A DNA stretch of 64,000 nucleotides, from the NCBI GenBank assembly GCA_964016885.1, contig OZ024748.1, forward strand, positions 37,944,001 to 38,008,000, given 5' to 3'. The translations under genes were made by a program, and so were the position numbers. The stretch is from Eledone cirrhosa. Its lineage: Eukaryota. The notes beneath the pieces are model-generated. The model was not told where the DNA came from. It saw nothing but the letters and a program-made list of their open reading frames with translations, and ran no database searches. This document shows positions 30,001 through 42,000 of this stretch, in pieces (position 1 is the first letter of the stretch; each line of letters begins with the position of its first letter).

Positions 30001-33000
30001 AAAGGAAGGGAAAATATAAAGAATGTTGCGAAGGAGGTAAGAGGTGTGATTAAAAAGAAGGAAAAATATAAAGAATGTTGCGAAGGAGGTAAGTGTTGTG
30101 ATTAAAAAGAAGGACAAATATAAAGAATATTGCGACGGAGGTAAGTGTTGTGATTAAAAAGAAGGAAACATATAAAGAATCCTACGAAGGAGGTAAGAGT
30201 TGTGTTTAAAAAGAAGGAAAAATATAGAGAATGTTACGAAGGAGGTAATAGTTGTGATTAAGAAGAAGGAAACATATAAAGAATGTTGCGAAGAAGGTAA
30301 GAGTTGTGATTAAAAAGAAGGAAAAATATAAAGAATGTTGCGAAGGAGGTAAGAGTTGTGATTAAAAAGAAGGAAAAATATAAAGAATGTTGCGAAGGAG
30401 GTAAGTGTTGGGATTAAAAAGAAGGCAAAATATAAAGAATGTTACGAAGGAGGTAAGTGTTGTGATTAAAAAGAAGGAAAAATATAAAGAAATTTACGAA
30501 GGAGGTAAGAGTGGTGATTAAAAAGAAGGGAAAATATAAAGAATATTGCGAAGGAGGTAAGAGTTGTGTTTAAAAAGAAGGAAAAATATAAAGAAATTTA
30601 CGAAGGAAGTAAGAGTGGTGATTAAAAAGAAGGAAAAATATAAAGAATATTGCAAAGTAGGTAAGTGTTGTGTTTAAAAAGAAGGAAAAATATAAAGATG
30701 TTGCGAAAGAGGTAAGTGTTGTGATTAAAAAGAAGGAAAAATATAAAGAATGTTGCGAAGGAGGTAAGTGTTGTGATTAAAAATAAGGAAAAATATAAAG
30801 AATGTTGCGAAGGAGGTAAGAGTGGTGATTAAAAAGAATGAAAAATATAAAGAATGTTGCGAAGGAGGTAGCTGTTGTGATTAAAAGGAAGGGAAAATAT
30901 AAAGAATGTTGCGAAAGAGGTAATAGTCGTGATTAAAAAGAAGGAAAAATATAAAGAATGTTGCGAAGGAGGTAAGTGTTGTGATTAAAAAGAAGTAAAA
31001 ATATAAAGAATGTTGCGAAGGAGGTAAGGGTTGTGATTAAAAGGAAGGGAATATATAAAGAATGTTGCGAAGGAGGAAAGAGTGTTGATTAAAAAGAAAG
31101 AAAAATATAAAGAATGTTGCGATGGAGGAAAGTGTTGTGATTAAAAAGAATGACAAATATAAAGAATATTGCGAAGGAGGTAAGTGTTGTGATTAAATGG
31201 AAGGAAAAATATAAAGAATGTTGCGAAGGAGGTAATTGTTGCAATTAAAAAGAAAAACAAATATAAAGAATGTTGCGAAGGAGGTAAGTGTTGTGATTAA
31301 AAAGAAGGAAAAATATAAAGAATCCTACGAAGGAGGTAAGAGTTGTGTTTAAAAAGAAGGAAAAATATAAAGAATGTTGCGAAGGAGGTAAGTGTTGTGA
31401 TTAAAAAGAAGGAAAAATATAAAGAATATTACGAAGGAGGTAAGTGTTGTGATTAAAAAGAAGGAAAAATATAAAGAATGTTGCAAAGGAGGTAAGTGTT
31501 GTGATTAAAATGAAGGAAAAATATAAAGAATATTACGAAGGAAGTAAGAGTGGTTATTAAAAAGAAGGTAAAATATAAAGAATATTGCGAAGGAGCTAGG
31601 TGTTGTGTTTAAGAAGAAGGAAAAATATAAATATGTTGCGAAAGAGGTAAGTGTTGTGATTAAAAAGAAGGAAAAACATAATAAATGTTTTGAAGGATGT
31701 AAGAGTGGTGATTAAAAAGAAGGAAAAATATCAAGAATGTTGCGAAGGTGGTAAGAGTTGTGATTAAAAAGAAGAAAAAATATAAAGAATGTTGCGAAAG
31801 AGGTAAGTGTTGTGATTAAAAAGAAGGAAAAATATAAAGATGTTGCGAAAGAGGTAAGTGTTGTGATTAAAAAGAAGGAAAAACATAATAAATGTTGCGA
31901 AAGAGGTAAGAGTATTGATTAAAAAGAAGGAAAAATATAAAGAATGTTACGAAGGAGGTAAGAGTTGTGATTAAAAGAAGAAAAAATATAAAGAATGTTA
32001 CGAAGGAGGTAAGTGTTGTGATTAAAAAGAAGGAAAAATATAAAGAATTTTGCGAAGGAGGTAAGTGTTGTGATTAAAAAGAAGGAAAAATATAAAGATT
32101 ATTACGAAGGAGGTAAGTGTTGTGATTAAAAAGAAGGAAAAATATAAGGAAATTTACGAAGGAGTTAAGAGTGGTGATTTAAAAGAAGGAAAATTATAAA
32201 GAATATTGCGAAGGAGGTAAGAGTTGTGATTAAAACGAAGGAATAATATAAAGAATGTTGCGAAGGAGGTAAGAGTGGTGATTAAAAAGAAGGGAAAATA
32301 TAAAGAATATTGCGAAGGAGGCAAGTGTTGTGTTTAAAAAGAAGGAAAAATATAAAGAAATTTACGAAGGAAGTAAGAGTTGTGATTTAAAAGAAGGAAA
32401 ATTATAAAGAATATTGCGAAGGAGGTAAGAGTTGTGATTAAAACGAAGGAATAATATAAAGAATGTTGCGAAGGAGGTAAGAGTGGTGATTAAAAAGAAG
32501 GAAAAATATAAAGATGTTGCGAAAAAGGTAAGTGTTGTGATTAAAAAGAAGGAAAAATATAAAGAATGTTGCGAAGGAGGTAAGTGTTGTGATTAAAAAT
32601 AAGGAAAAATATAAAGAATGTTGCGAAGGAGGTAAGCGTGGTGATTAAAAAGAATGAAAAATATAAAGAGTGTTGCGAAGGAGGTAGGTGTTGTGATTAA
32701 AAAGAAGTAAAAATATAAAGTATGTTGCGAAGGAGGTAAGGGTTGTGATTAAAAGGAAGGGAAAATATAAAGAATGTTGCGAAGGAGGTAATAGTCGTGA
32801 TTAAAAAGAAGGAAAAATATAAAGAATGTTGCGAAGGAGGTAAGTGTTGTGATTAAAAAGAAGGGAATATATAAAGAATGTTGCGAAGGAGGAAAGAGTG
32901 TTGATTAAAAAGAAAGAAAATATAAAGAATGTTGCGATGGAGGAAAGTGTTGTGATTAAAAAGAATGACAAATATAAAGAATATTGCGAAGTAGCTAGGT

Positions 33001-36000
33001 GGTGTGTTTAAAAAGAGGACAAATATAAAGATGTTGCGAAAGAGGTAAGTGTTGTGATTAAAAAGAAGTAAAAATATAAAGATTGTTACGAAGGAGGTAA
33101 GTGTTGTGATTAAAAAGAAGGAAAATTATAAGGAAATTTACGAAGGAGGTAAGAGTGGTGATTAAAAAGAAGGAAAATTATAAAGAATATTGCGAAGGAG
33201 GTAAGTGTTGTGTTTAAAAAGAAGGAAACATATGAAGAAATTTACGAAGGAGGTAAGAGTGGTGATTAAAAAGAAGGAAAAATATAAAGAATGTTGTGAA
33301 GGAGGTAAGAGTTGTGATTAAAACGAAGGAATAATATAAAGAATGTTGCGAAGGAGGTAAGAGTTCTGATTAAAAAGAAGGAAAAATATAAAGAGTGTTG
33401 CGAAGGAGGTAAGAGTTGTGATTAAAAGAAGGAAAATATAATGAATGTTGCGAAGGAGGTAAGAGTTGTGATTAAAAAGAAGGAAAAATATAAAGAATGT
33501 TGCGAAGGAGGTAAGAGTGTTGATTAAAAAGAAGGAAAAATATAAAGAATGTTGCGAAGGAGGTAAGTGTTGTGATTAAAAATAAGGAAAAATATAAAGA
33601 ATGTTACGAAGGAGGTAAGAGTTGTGATTAAACAGAAGGAAAAATATAAAGAATGTTGCGAAGGAGGAAAGAGTGTTGATTAAAAGAAAGAAAAATATAA
33701 AGAATGTTGCGAAGGAGGTAAGTGTTGTGATTAAAAAGAAGGAAAAATATAAAGAATCCTACGAAGGAGGTAAGAGTTGTGTTTAAAAAGAAGGAAAAAT
33801 ATAAAGAATGTTGCGAAGGAGGTAAGTGTTGTGATTAAAAAGAAGGAAAAATATAAAGAATATTACGAAGGAGGTAAGTGTTGTGATTAAAAAGAAGGAA
33901 AAATATAAAGAATGTTGCAAAGGAGGTAAGTGTTGTGATTAAAATGAAGGAAAAATATAAAGAATTTTGCGAAGGAGGTAAGTGTTGTGATTAAAAAGAA
34001 GGAAAAATATAAAGATTGTTACGAAGGAGGTAAGTGTTGTGATTAAAAAGAAGGAAAAATATAAGGAATTTTACGAAGGAGGTAAGAGTGTTGATTTAAA
34101 AGAAGGAAAATTATAAAGAATATTGCGAAGGAGGTAAGTGTTGTGTTTAAAAAGAAGGAAACATATAAAGAAATTTACGAAGGAGGTAAGAGTGGTGATT
34201 AAAAAGAAGGAAAAATATAAAGAATGTTGTGAAGGAGGTAAGAGTTGTGATTAAAACGAAGGAATAATATAAAGAATGTTGCGAAGGAGGTAAGAGTGGT
34301 GAGTAAAAAGAAGGGAAAATATAAAGAATATTGCGAAGGAGGCAAGTGTTGTGTTTAAAAAGAAGGAAAAATATAAAGAAATTTACGAAGGAAGTAAGAG
34401 TGGTGATTAAAAAGAAGGAAAAATATAAAGAATATTGCAAAGTAGGTAAGTGTTGTGTTTAAAAAGAAGGAAAAATATAAAGATGTTGCGAAAGAGGTAA
34501 GTGTTGTGATTAAAAAGAAGGAAAAATATAAAGAATGTTGCGAAGGAGGTAAGTGTTGTGATTAAAAATAAGGAAAAATATAAAGAATGTTGCGAAGGAG
34601 GTAAGCGTGGTGATTAAAAAGAATGAAAAATATAAAGAATGTTGCTAAGGAGGTAGGTGTTGTGATTAAAAAGAAGTAAAAATATAAAGAATGTTGCGAA
34701 GGAGGTAAGGGTTGTGATTAAAAGGAAGGGAAAATATAAAGAATGTTGCGAAGGAGGTAATAGTCGTGATTAAAAAGAAGGAAAAATATAAAGAATGTTG
34801 CGAAGGAGGTAAGTGTTGTGATTAAAAAGAAGGGAATATATAAAGAATGTTGCGAAGGAGGAAAGAGTGTTGATTAAAAAGAAAGTAAAATATAAAGAAT
34901 GTTGCGATGGAGGAAAGTGTTGTGATTAAAAAGAATGACAAATATAAAGAATATTGCGAAGGAGGTAAGTGTTGTGATTAAATGGAAGGAAAAATATAAA
35001 GAATGTTGCGAAGGAGGTAATTGTTGCAATTAAAAAGAAAAACAAATATAAAGAATGTTGCGAAGGAGGTAAGTGTTGTGATTAAAATGAAGGAAAAATA
35101 TAAAGAATATTACGAAGGAAGTAAGAGTGGTGATTAAAAAGAAGGTAAAATATAAAGAATATTGCGAAGGAGCTAGGTGTTGTGTTTCAAAAGAGGAAAA
35201 ATATAAAGATGTTGCGAAAGAGGTAAGTGTTGTGATTAAAAATAAGGAAAAATATAAAGAATGTTGCGAAGGAGGTAAGCGTGGTGATTAAAAAGAAGGA
35301 AAAATATAAGAATATTACGAAGGAGGTAAGTGTTGTGATTAAAAAGAAGGAAAAATATAAAGAATGTTGCAAAGGAGGTAAGTGTTGTGATTAAAATGAA
35401 GGAAAAATATAAAGAATATTACGAAGGAAGTAAGAGTGGTGATTAAAAAGAAGGTAAAATATAAAGAATATTGCGAAGGAGCTAGGTGTTGTGTTTAAAA
35501 AGAGGAAAAATATAAAGATGTTGCGAAAGAGGTAAGTGTTGTGATTAAAAAGAAGTAAAAATATAAAGATTGTTACGAAGGAGGTAAGTGTTGTGATTAA
35601 AAAGAAGGAAAAATATAAGGAAATTTACGAAGGAGGTAAGAGTGGTGATTAAAAAGAAGGAAAATTATAAAGAATATTGCGAAGGAGGTAAGTGTTGTGT
35701 TTAAAAAGAAGGAAACATATGAAGAAATTTACGAAGGAGGTAAGAGTGGTGATTAAAAAGAAGGGAAAATATAAAGAATGTTGTGTAGGAGGTAAGAGTT
35801 GTGATTGAAACGAAGGAATAATATAAAGAATGTTGCGAAGGAGGTAAGAGTTGTGATTAAAAAGAAGGAAAAATATAAAGAGTGTTGCGAAGGAGGTAAG
35901 AGTTGTGATTAAAAGAAGGAAAATATAATGAATGTTGCGAAGGAGGTAAGAGTTGTGATTAAAAAGAAGGAAAAATATAAAGAATGTTGCGAAGGAGGTA

Positions 36001-39000
36001 AGAGTGTTGATTAAAAAGAAGGAAAATATAAAGAATGTTGCGAAGGAGGTAAGTGTTGTGATTAAAAATAAGGAAAAATATAAAGAATGTTACGAAGGAG
36101 GTAAGAGTTGTGATTAAACAGAAGGAAAAATATAAAGAATCTTGCGAAGGAGGAAAGAGTGTTGATTAAAAACAATGTCAAATATAAAGAATATTGCGAA
36201 GGAGGTAAGTGTTGTGATTAAATGAAAGGAAAAATATAAAGAATGTTGCGAAGGAGGTGATTGTTGCAATTAAAAAGAAAAACAAATATAAAGAATGTTG
36301 CGAAGGAGGTAAGTGTTGTGATTAAAAGGAAGGGAAAATATAAAGAATGTTGCGAAGGAGGAAAGAGTGTTGATTAAAAAGAAAGAAAAATATAAAGAAT
36401 GTTGCGATGGAGGAAAGTGTTCTGATTAAAAAGAATGACAAATATAAAGAATATTGCGAAGGAAGTAAGAGTGGTGATTAAAAAGAAGGAAAAATATAAA
36501 GAATGTTGCGAAGGAAGTAAGTGTTGTGATTAAAAAGAAGGAAAAATATAAAGAATCCTACGAAGGAGGTAAGAGTTGTGTTTAAAAGAAGGAAAAATAT
36601 AAAGAATGTTGCGAAGGAGGTAAGTGTTGTGATTAAAAAGAAGGAAAAGTATAAAGAATATTACGAAGGAGGTAAGTGTTGTGATTAAAAAGATGGAAAC
36701 ATATAAAGAATGTTGCAAAGGAGGTAAGTGTTGTGATTAAAATGAAGGAAAAATATAAAGAATATTACGAAGGAAGTAAGAGTTGTGATTAAAAAGAAGG
36801 TAAAATATAAAGAATATTGCGAAGGAGCTAAGTGTTGTGTTTAAAAAGAAGGAAAAATATAAAGATCTTGCGAAAGAGGTAAGTGTTGTGATTAAAAAGA
36901 AGCAAAAACATAATAAATGTTACGAAGGAAGTAAGAGTGGTGATTAAAAAGAAGGAAAAATATAAAGAATGTTGCGAAGGAGGTAAGTGTTGTGATTAAA
37001 AATAAGGAAAAATATAAAGAATGCTGCGAAGGAGGTAAGAGTGGTGATTAAAATGAATGAAAAATATAAAGAATGTTGCGAAGGAGGTAAGTGTTGTGAT
37101 TAAAAAGAAGGAAAAATATAAAGAAATTTACGAAGGAGGTAAGAGTGGTGATTAAAAAGAAGGGAAAATATAAAGAATATTGCGAAGGAGGTAAGAGTTG
37201 TGTTTAAAAAGAAGGAAAAATATAAAGAAATTTACGAAGGAAGTAAGAGTGGTGATTAAAAAGAAGGAAAAATATAAAGAATATTGCAAAGTAGGTAAGT
37301 GTTGTGTTTAAAAAGAAGGAAAAATATAAAGATGTTGCGAAAGAGGTAAGTGTTGTGATTAAAAAGAAGGAAAAATATAAAGAATGTTGCGAAGGAGGTA
37401 AGTGTTGTGATTAAAAATAAGGAAAAATATAAAGAATGTTGCGAAGGAGGTAAGAGTGGTGATTAAAAAGAATGAAAAATATAAAGAATGTTGCGAAGGA
37501 GGTAGCTGTTGTGATTAAAAGGAAGGGAAAATATAAAGAATGTTGCGAAAGAGGTAATAGTCGTGATTAAAAAGAAGGAAAAATATAAAGAATGTTGCGA
37601 AGGAGGTAAGTGTTGTGATTAAAAAGAAGTAAAAATATAAAGAATGTTGCGAAGGAGGTAAGGGTTGTGATTAAAAGGAAGGGAATATATAAAGAATGTT
37701 GCGAAGGAGGAAAGAGTGTTGATTAAAAAGAAAGAAAAATATAAAGAATGTTGCGATGGAGGAAAGTGTTGTGATTAAAAAGAATGACAAATATAAAGAA
37801 TATTGCGAAGGAGGTAAGTGTTGTGATTAAATGGAAGGAAAAATATAAAGAATGTTGCGAAGGAGGTAATTGTTGCAATTAAAAAGAAAAACAAATATAA
37901 AGAATGTTGCGAAGGAGGTAAGTGTTGTGATTAAAAAGAAGGAAAAATATAAAGAATCCTACGAAGGAGGTAAGAGTTGTGTTTAAAAAGAAGGAAAAAT
38001 ATAAAGAATGTTGCGAAGGAGGTAAGTGTTGTGATTAAAAAGAAGGAAAAATATAAAGAATATTACGAAGGAGGTAAGTGTTGTGATTAAAAAGAAGGAA
38101 AAATATAAAGAATGTTGCAAAGGAGGTAAGTGTTGTGATTAAAATGAAGGAAAAATATAAAGAATATTACGAAGGAAGTAAGAGTGGTTATTAAAAAGAA
38201 GGTAAAATATAAAGAATATTGCGAAGGAGCTAGGTGTTGTGTTTAAGAAGAAGGAAAAATATAAATATGTTGCGAAAGAGGTAAGTGTTGTGATTAAAAA
38301 GAAGGAAAAACATAATAAATGTTTTGAAGGATGTAAGAGTGGTGATTAAAAAGAAGGAAAAATATCAAGAATGTTGCGAAGGTGGTAAGAGTTGTGATTA
38401 AAAAGAAGAAAAAATATAAAGAATGTTGCGAAAGAGGTAAGTGTTGTGATTAAAAAGAAGGAAAAATATAAAGATGTTGCGAAAGAGGTAAGTGTTGTGA
38501 TTAAAAAGAAGGAAAAACATAATAAATGTTGCGAAGGAGGTAAGAGTATTGATTAAAAAGAAGGAAAAATATAAAGAATGTTACGAAGGAGGTAAGAGTT
38601 GTGATTAAAAGAAGAAAAAATATAAAGAATGTTACGAAGGAGGTAAGTGTTGTGATTAAAAAGAAGGAAAAATATAAAGAATTTTGCGAAGGAGGTAAGT
38701 GTTGTGATTAAAAAGAAGGAAAAATATAAAGATTATTACGAAGGAGGTAAGTGTTGTGATTAAAAAGAAGGAAAAATATAAGGAAATTTACGAAGGAGTT
38801 AAGAGTGGTGATTTAAAAGAAGGAAAATTATAAAGAATATTGCGAAGGAGGTAAGAGTTGTGATTAAAACGAAGGAATAATATAAAGAATGTTGCGAAGG
38901 AGGTAAGAGTGGTGATTAAAAAGAAGGGAAAATATAAAGAATATTGCGAAGGAGGCAAGTGTTGTGTTTAAAAAGAAGGAAAAATATAAAGAAATTTACG

Positions 39001-42000
39001 AAGGAAGTAAGAGTTGTGATTTAAAAGAAGGAAAATTATAAAGAATATTGCGAAGGAGGTAAGAGTTGTGATTAAAACGAAGGAATAATATAAAGAATGT
39101 TGCGAAGGAGGTAAGAGTGGTGATTAAAAAGAAGGAAAAATATAAAGATGTTGCGAAAAAGGTAAGTGTTGTGATTAAAAAGAAGGAAAAATATAAAGAA
39201 TGTTGCGAAGGAGGTAAGTGTTGTGATTAAAAATAAGGAAAAATATAAAGAATGTTGCGAAGGAGGTAAGCGTGGTGATTAAAAAGAATGAAAAATATAA
39301 AGAGTGTTGCGAAGGAGGTAGGTGTTGTGATTAAAAAGAAGTAAAAATATAAAGTATGTTGCGAAGGAGGTAAGGGTTGTGATTAAAAGGAAGGGAAAAT
39401 ATAAAGAATGTTGCGAAGGAGGTAATAGTCGTGATTAAAAAGAAGGAAAAATATAAAGAATGTTGCGAAGGAGGTAAGTGTTGTGATTAAAAAGAAGGGA
39501 ATATATAAAAAATGTTGCGAAGGAGGAAAGAGTGTTGATTAAAAAGAAAGAAAATATAAAGAATGTTGCGATGGAGGAAAGTGTTGTGATTAAAAAGAAT
39601 GACAAATATAAAGAATATTGCGAAGTAGCTAGGTGGTGTGTTTAAAAAGAGGACAAATATAAAGATGTTGCGAAAGAGGTAAGTGTTGTGATTAAAAAGA
39701 AGTAAAAATATAAAGATTGTTACGAAGGAGGTAAGTGTTGTGATTAAAAAGAAGGAAAATTATAAGGAAATTTACGAAGGAGGTAAGAGTGGTGATTAAA
39801 AAGAAGGAAAATTATAAAGAATATTGCGAAGGAGGTAAGTGTTGTGTTTAAAAAGAAGGAAACATATGAAGAAATTTACGAAGGAGGTAAGAGTGGTGAT
39901 TAAAAAGAAGGAAAAATATAAAGAATGTTGTGAAGGAGGTAAGAGTTGTGATTAAAACGAAGGAATAATATAAAGAATGTTGCGAAGGAGGTAAGAGTTC
40001 TGATTAAAAAGAAGGAAAAATATAAAGAGTGTTGCGAAGGAGGTAAGAGTTGTGATTAAAAGAAGGAAAATATAATGAATGTTGCGAAGGAGGTAAGAGT
40101 TGTGATTAAAAAGAAGGAAAAATATAAAGAATGTTGCGAAGGAGGTAAGAGTGTTGATTAAAAAGAAGGAAAAATATAAAGAATGTTGCGAAGGAGGTAA
40201 GTGTTGTGATTAAAAATAAGGAAAAATATAAAGAATGTTACGAAGGAGGTAAGAGTTGTGATTAAACAGAAGGAAAAATATAAAGAATGTTGCGAAGGAG
40301 GAAAGAGTGTTGATTAAAAGAAAGAAAAATATAAAGAATGTTGCGAAGGAGGTAAGTGTTGTGATTAAAAAGAAGGAAAAATATAAAGAATCCTACGAAG
40401 GAGGTAAGAGTTGTGTTTAAAAAGAAGGAAAAATATAAAGAATGTTGCGAAGGAGGTAAGTGTTGTGATTAAAAAGAAGGAAAAATATAAAGAATATTAC
40501 GAAGGAGGTAAGTGTTGTGATTAAAAAGAAGGAAAAATATAAAGAATGTTGCAAAGGAGGTAAGTGTTGTGATTAAAATGAAGGAAAAATATAAAGAATT
40601 TTGCGAAGGAGGTAAGTGTTGTGATTAAAAAGAAGGAAAAATATAAAGATTGTTACGAAGGAGGTAAGTGTTGTGATTAAAAAGAAGGAAAAATATAAGG
40701 AATTTTACGAAGGAGGTAAGAGTGTTGATTTAAAAGAAGGAAAATTATAAAGAATATTGCGAAGGAGGTAAGTGTTGTGTTTAAAAAGAAGGAAACATAT
40801 AAAGAAATTTACGAAGGAGGTAAGAGTGGTGATTAAAAAGAAGGAAAAATATAAAGAATGTTGTGAAGGAGGTAAGAGTTGTGATTAAAACGAAGGAATA
40901 ATATAAAGAATGTTGCGAAGGAGGTAAGAGTGGTGAGTAAAAAGAAGGGAAAATATAAAGAATATTGCGAAGGAGGCAAGTGTTGTGTTTAAAAAGAAGG
41001 AAAAATATAAAGAAATTTACGAAGGAAGTAAGAGTGGTGATTAAAAAGAAGGAAAAATATAAAGAATATTGCAAAGTAGGTAAGTGTTGTGTTTAAAAAG
41101 AAGGAAAAATATAAAGATGTTGCGAAAGAGGTAAGTGTTGTGATTAAAAAGAAGGAAAAATATAAAGAATGTTGCGAAGGAGGTAAGTGTTGTGATTAAA
41201 AATAAGGCAAAATATAAAGAATGTTGCGAAGGAGGTAAGCGTGGTGATTAAAAAGAATGAAAAATATAAAGAATGTTGCTAAGGAGGTAGGTGTTGTGAT
41301 TAAAAAGAAGTAAAAATATAAAGAATGTTGCGAAGGAGGTAAGGGTTGTGATTAAAAGGAAGGGAAAATATAAAGAATGTTGCGAAGGAGGTAATAGTCG
41401 TGATTAAAAAGAAGGAAAAATATAAAGAATGTTGCGAAGGAGGTAAGTGTTGTGATTAAAAAGAAGGGAATATATAAAGAATGTTGCGAAGGAGGAAAGA
41501 GTGTTGATTAAAAAGAAAGTAAAATATAAAGAATGTTGCGATGGAGGAAAGTGTTGTGATTAAAAAGAATGACAAATATAAAGAATATTGCGAAGGAGGT
41601 AAGTGTTGTGATTAAATGGAAGGAAAAATATAAAGAATGTTGCGAAGGAGGTAATTGTTGCAATTAAAAAGAAAAACAAATATAAAGAATGTTGCGAAGG
41701 AGGTAAGTGTTGTGATTAAAATGAAGGAAAAATATAAAGAATATTACGAAGGAAGTAAGAGTGGTGATTAAAAAGAAGGTAAAATATAAAGAATATTGCG
41801 AAGGAGCTAGGTGTTGTGTTTCAAAAGAGGAAAAATATAAAGATGTTGCGAAAGAGGTAAGTGTTGTGATTAAAAATAAGGAAAAATATAAAGAATGTTG
41901 CGAAGGAGGTAAGCGTGGTGATTAAAAAGAAGGAAAAATATAAGAATATTACGAAGGAGGTAAGTGTTGTGATTAAAAAGAAGGAAAAATATAAAGAATG

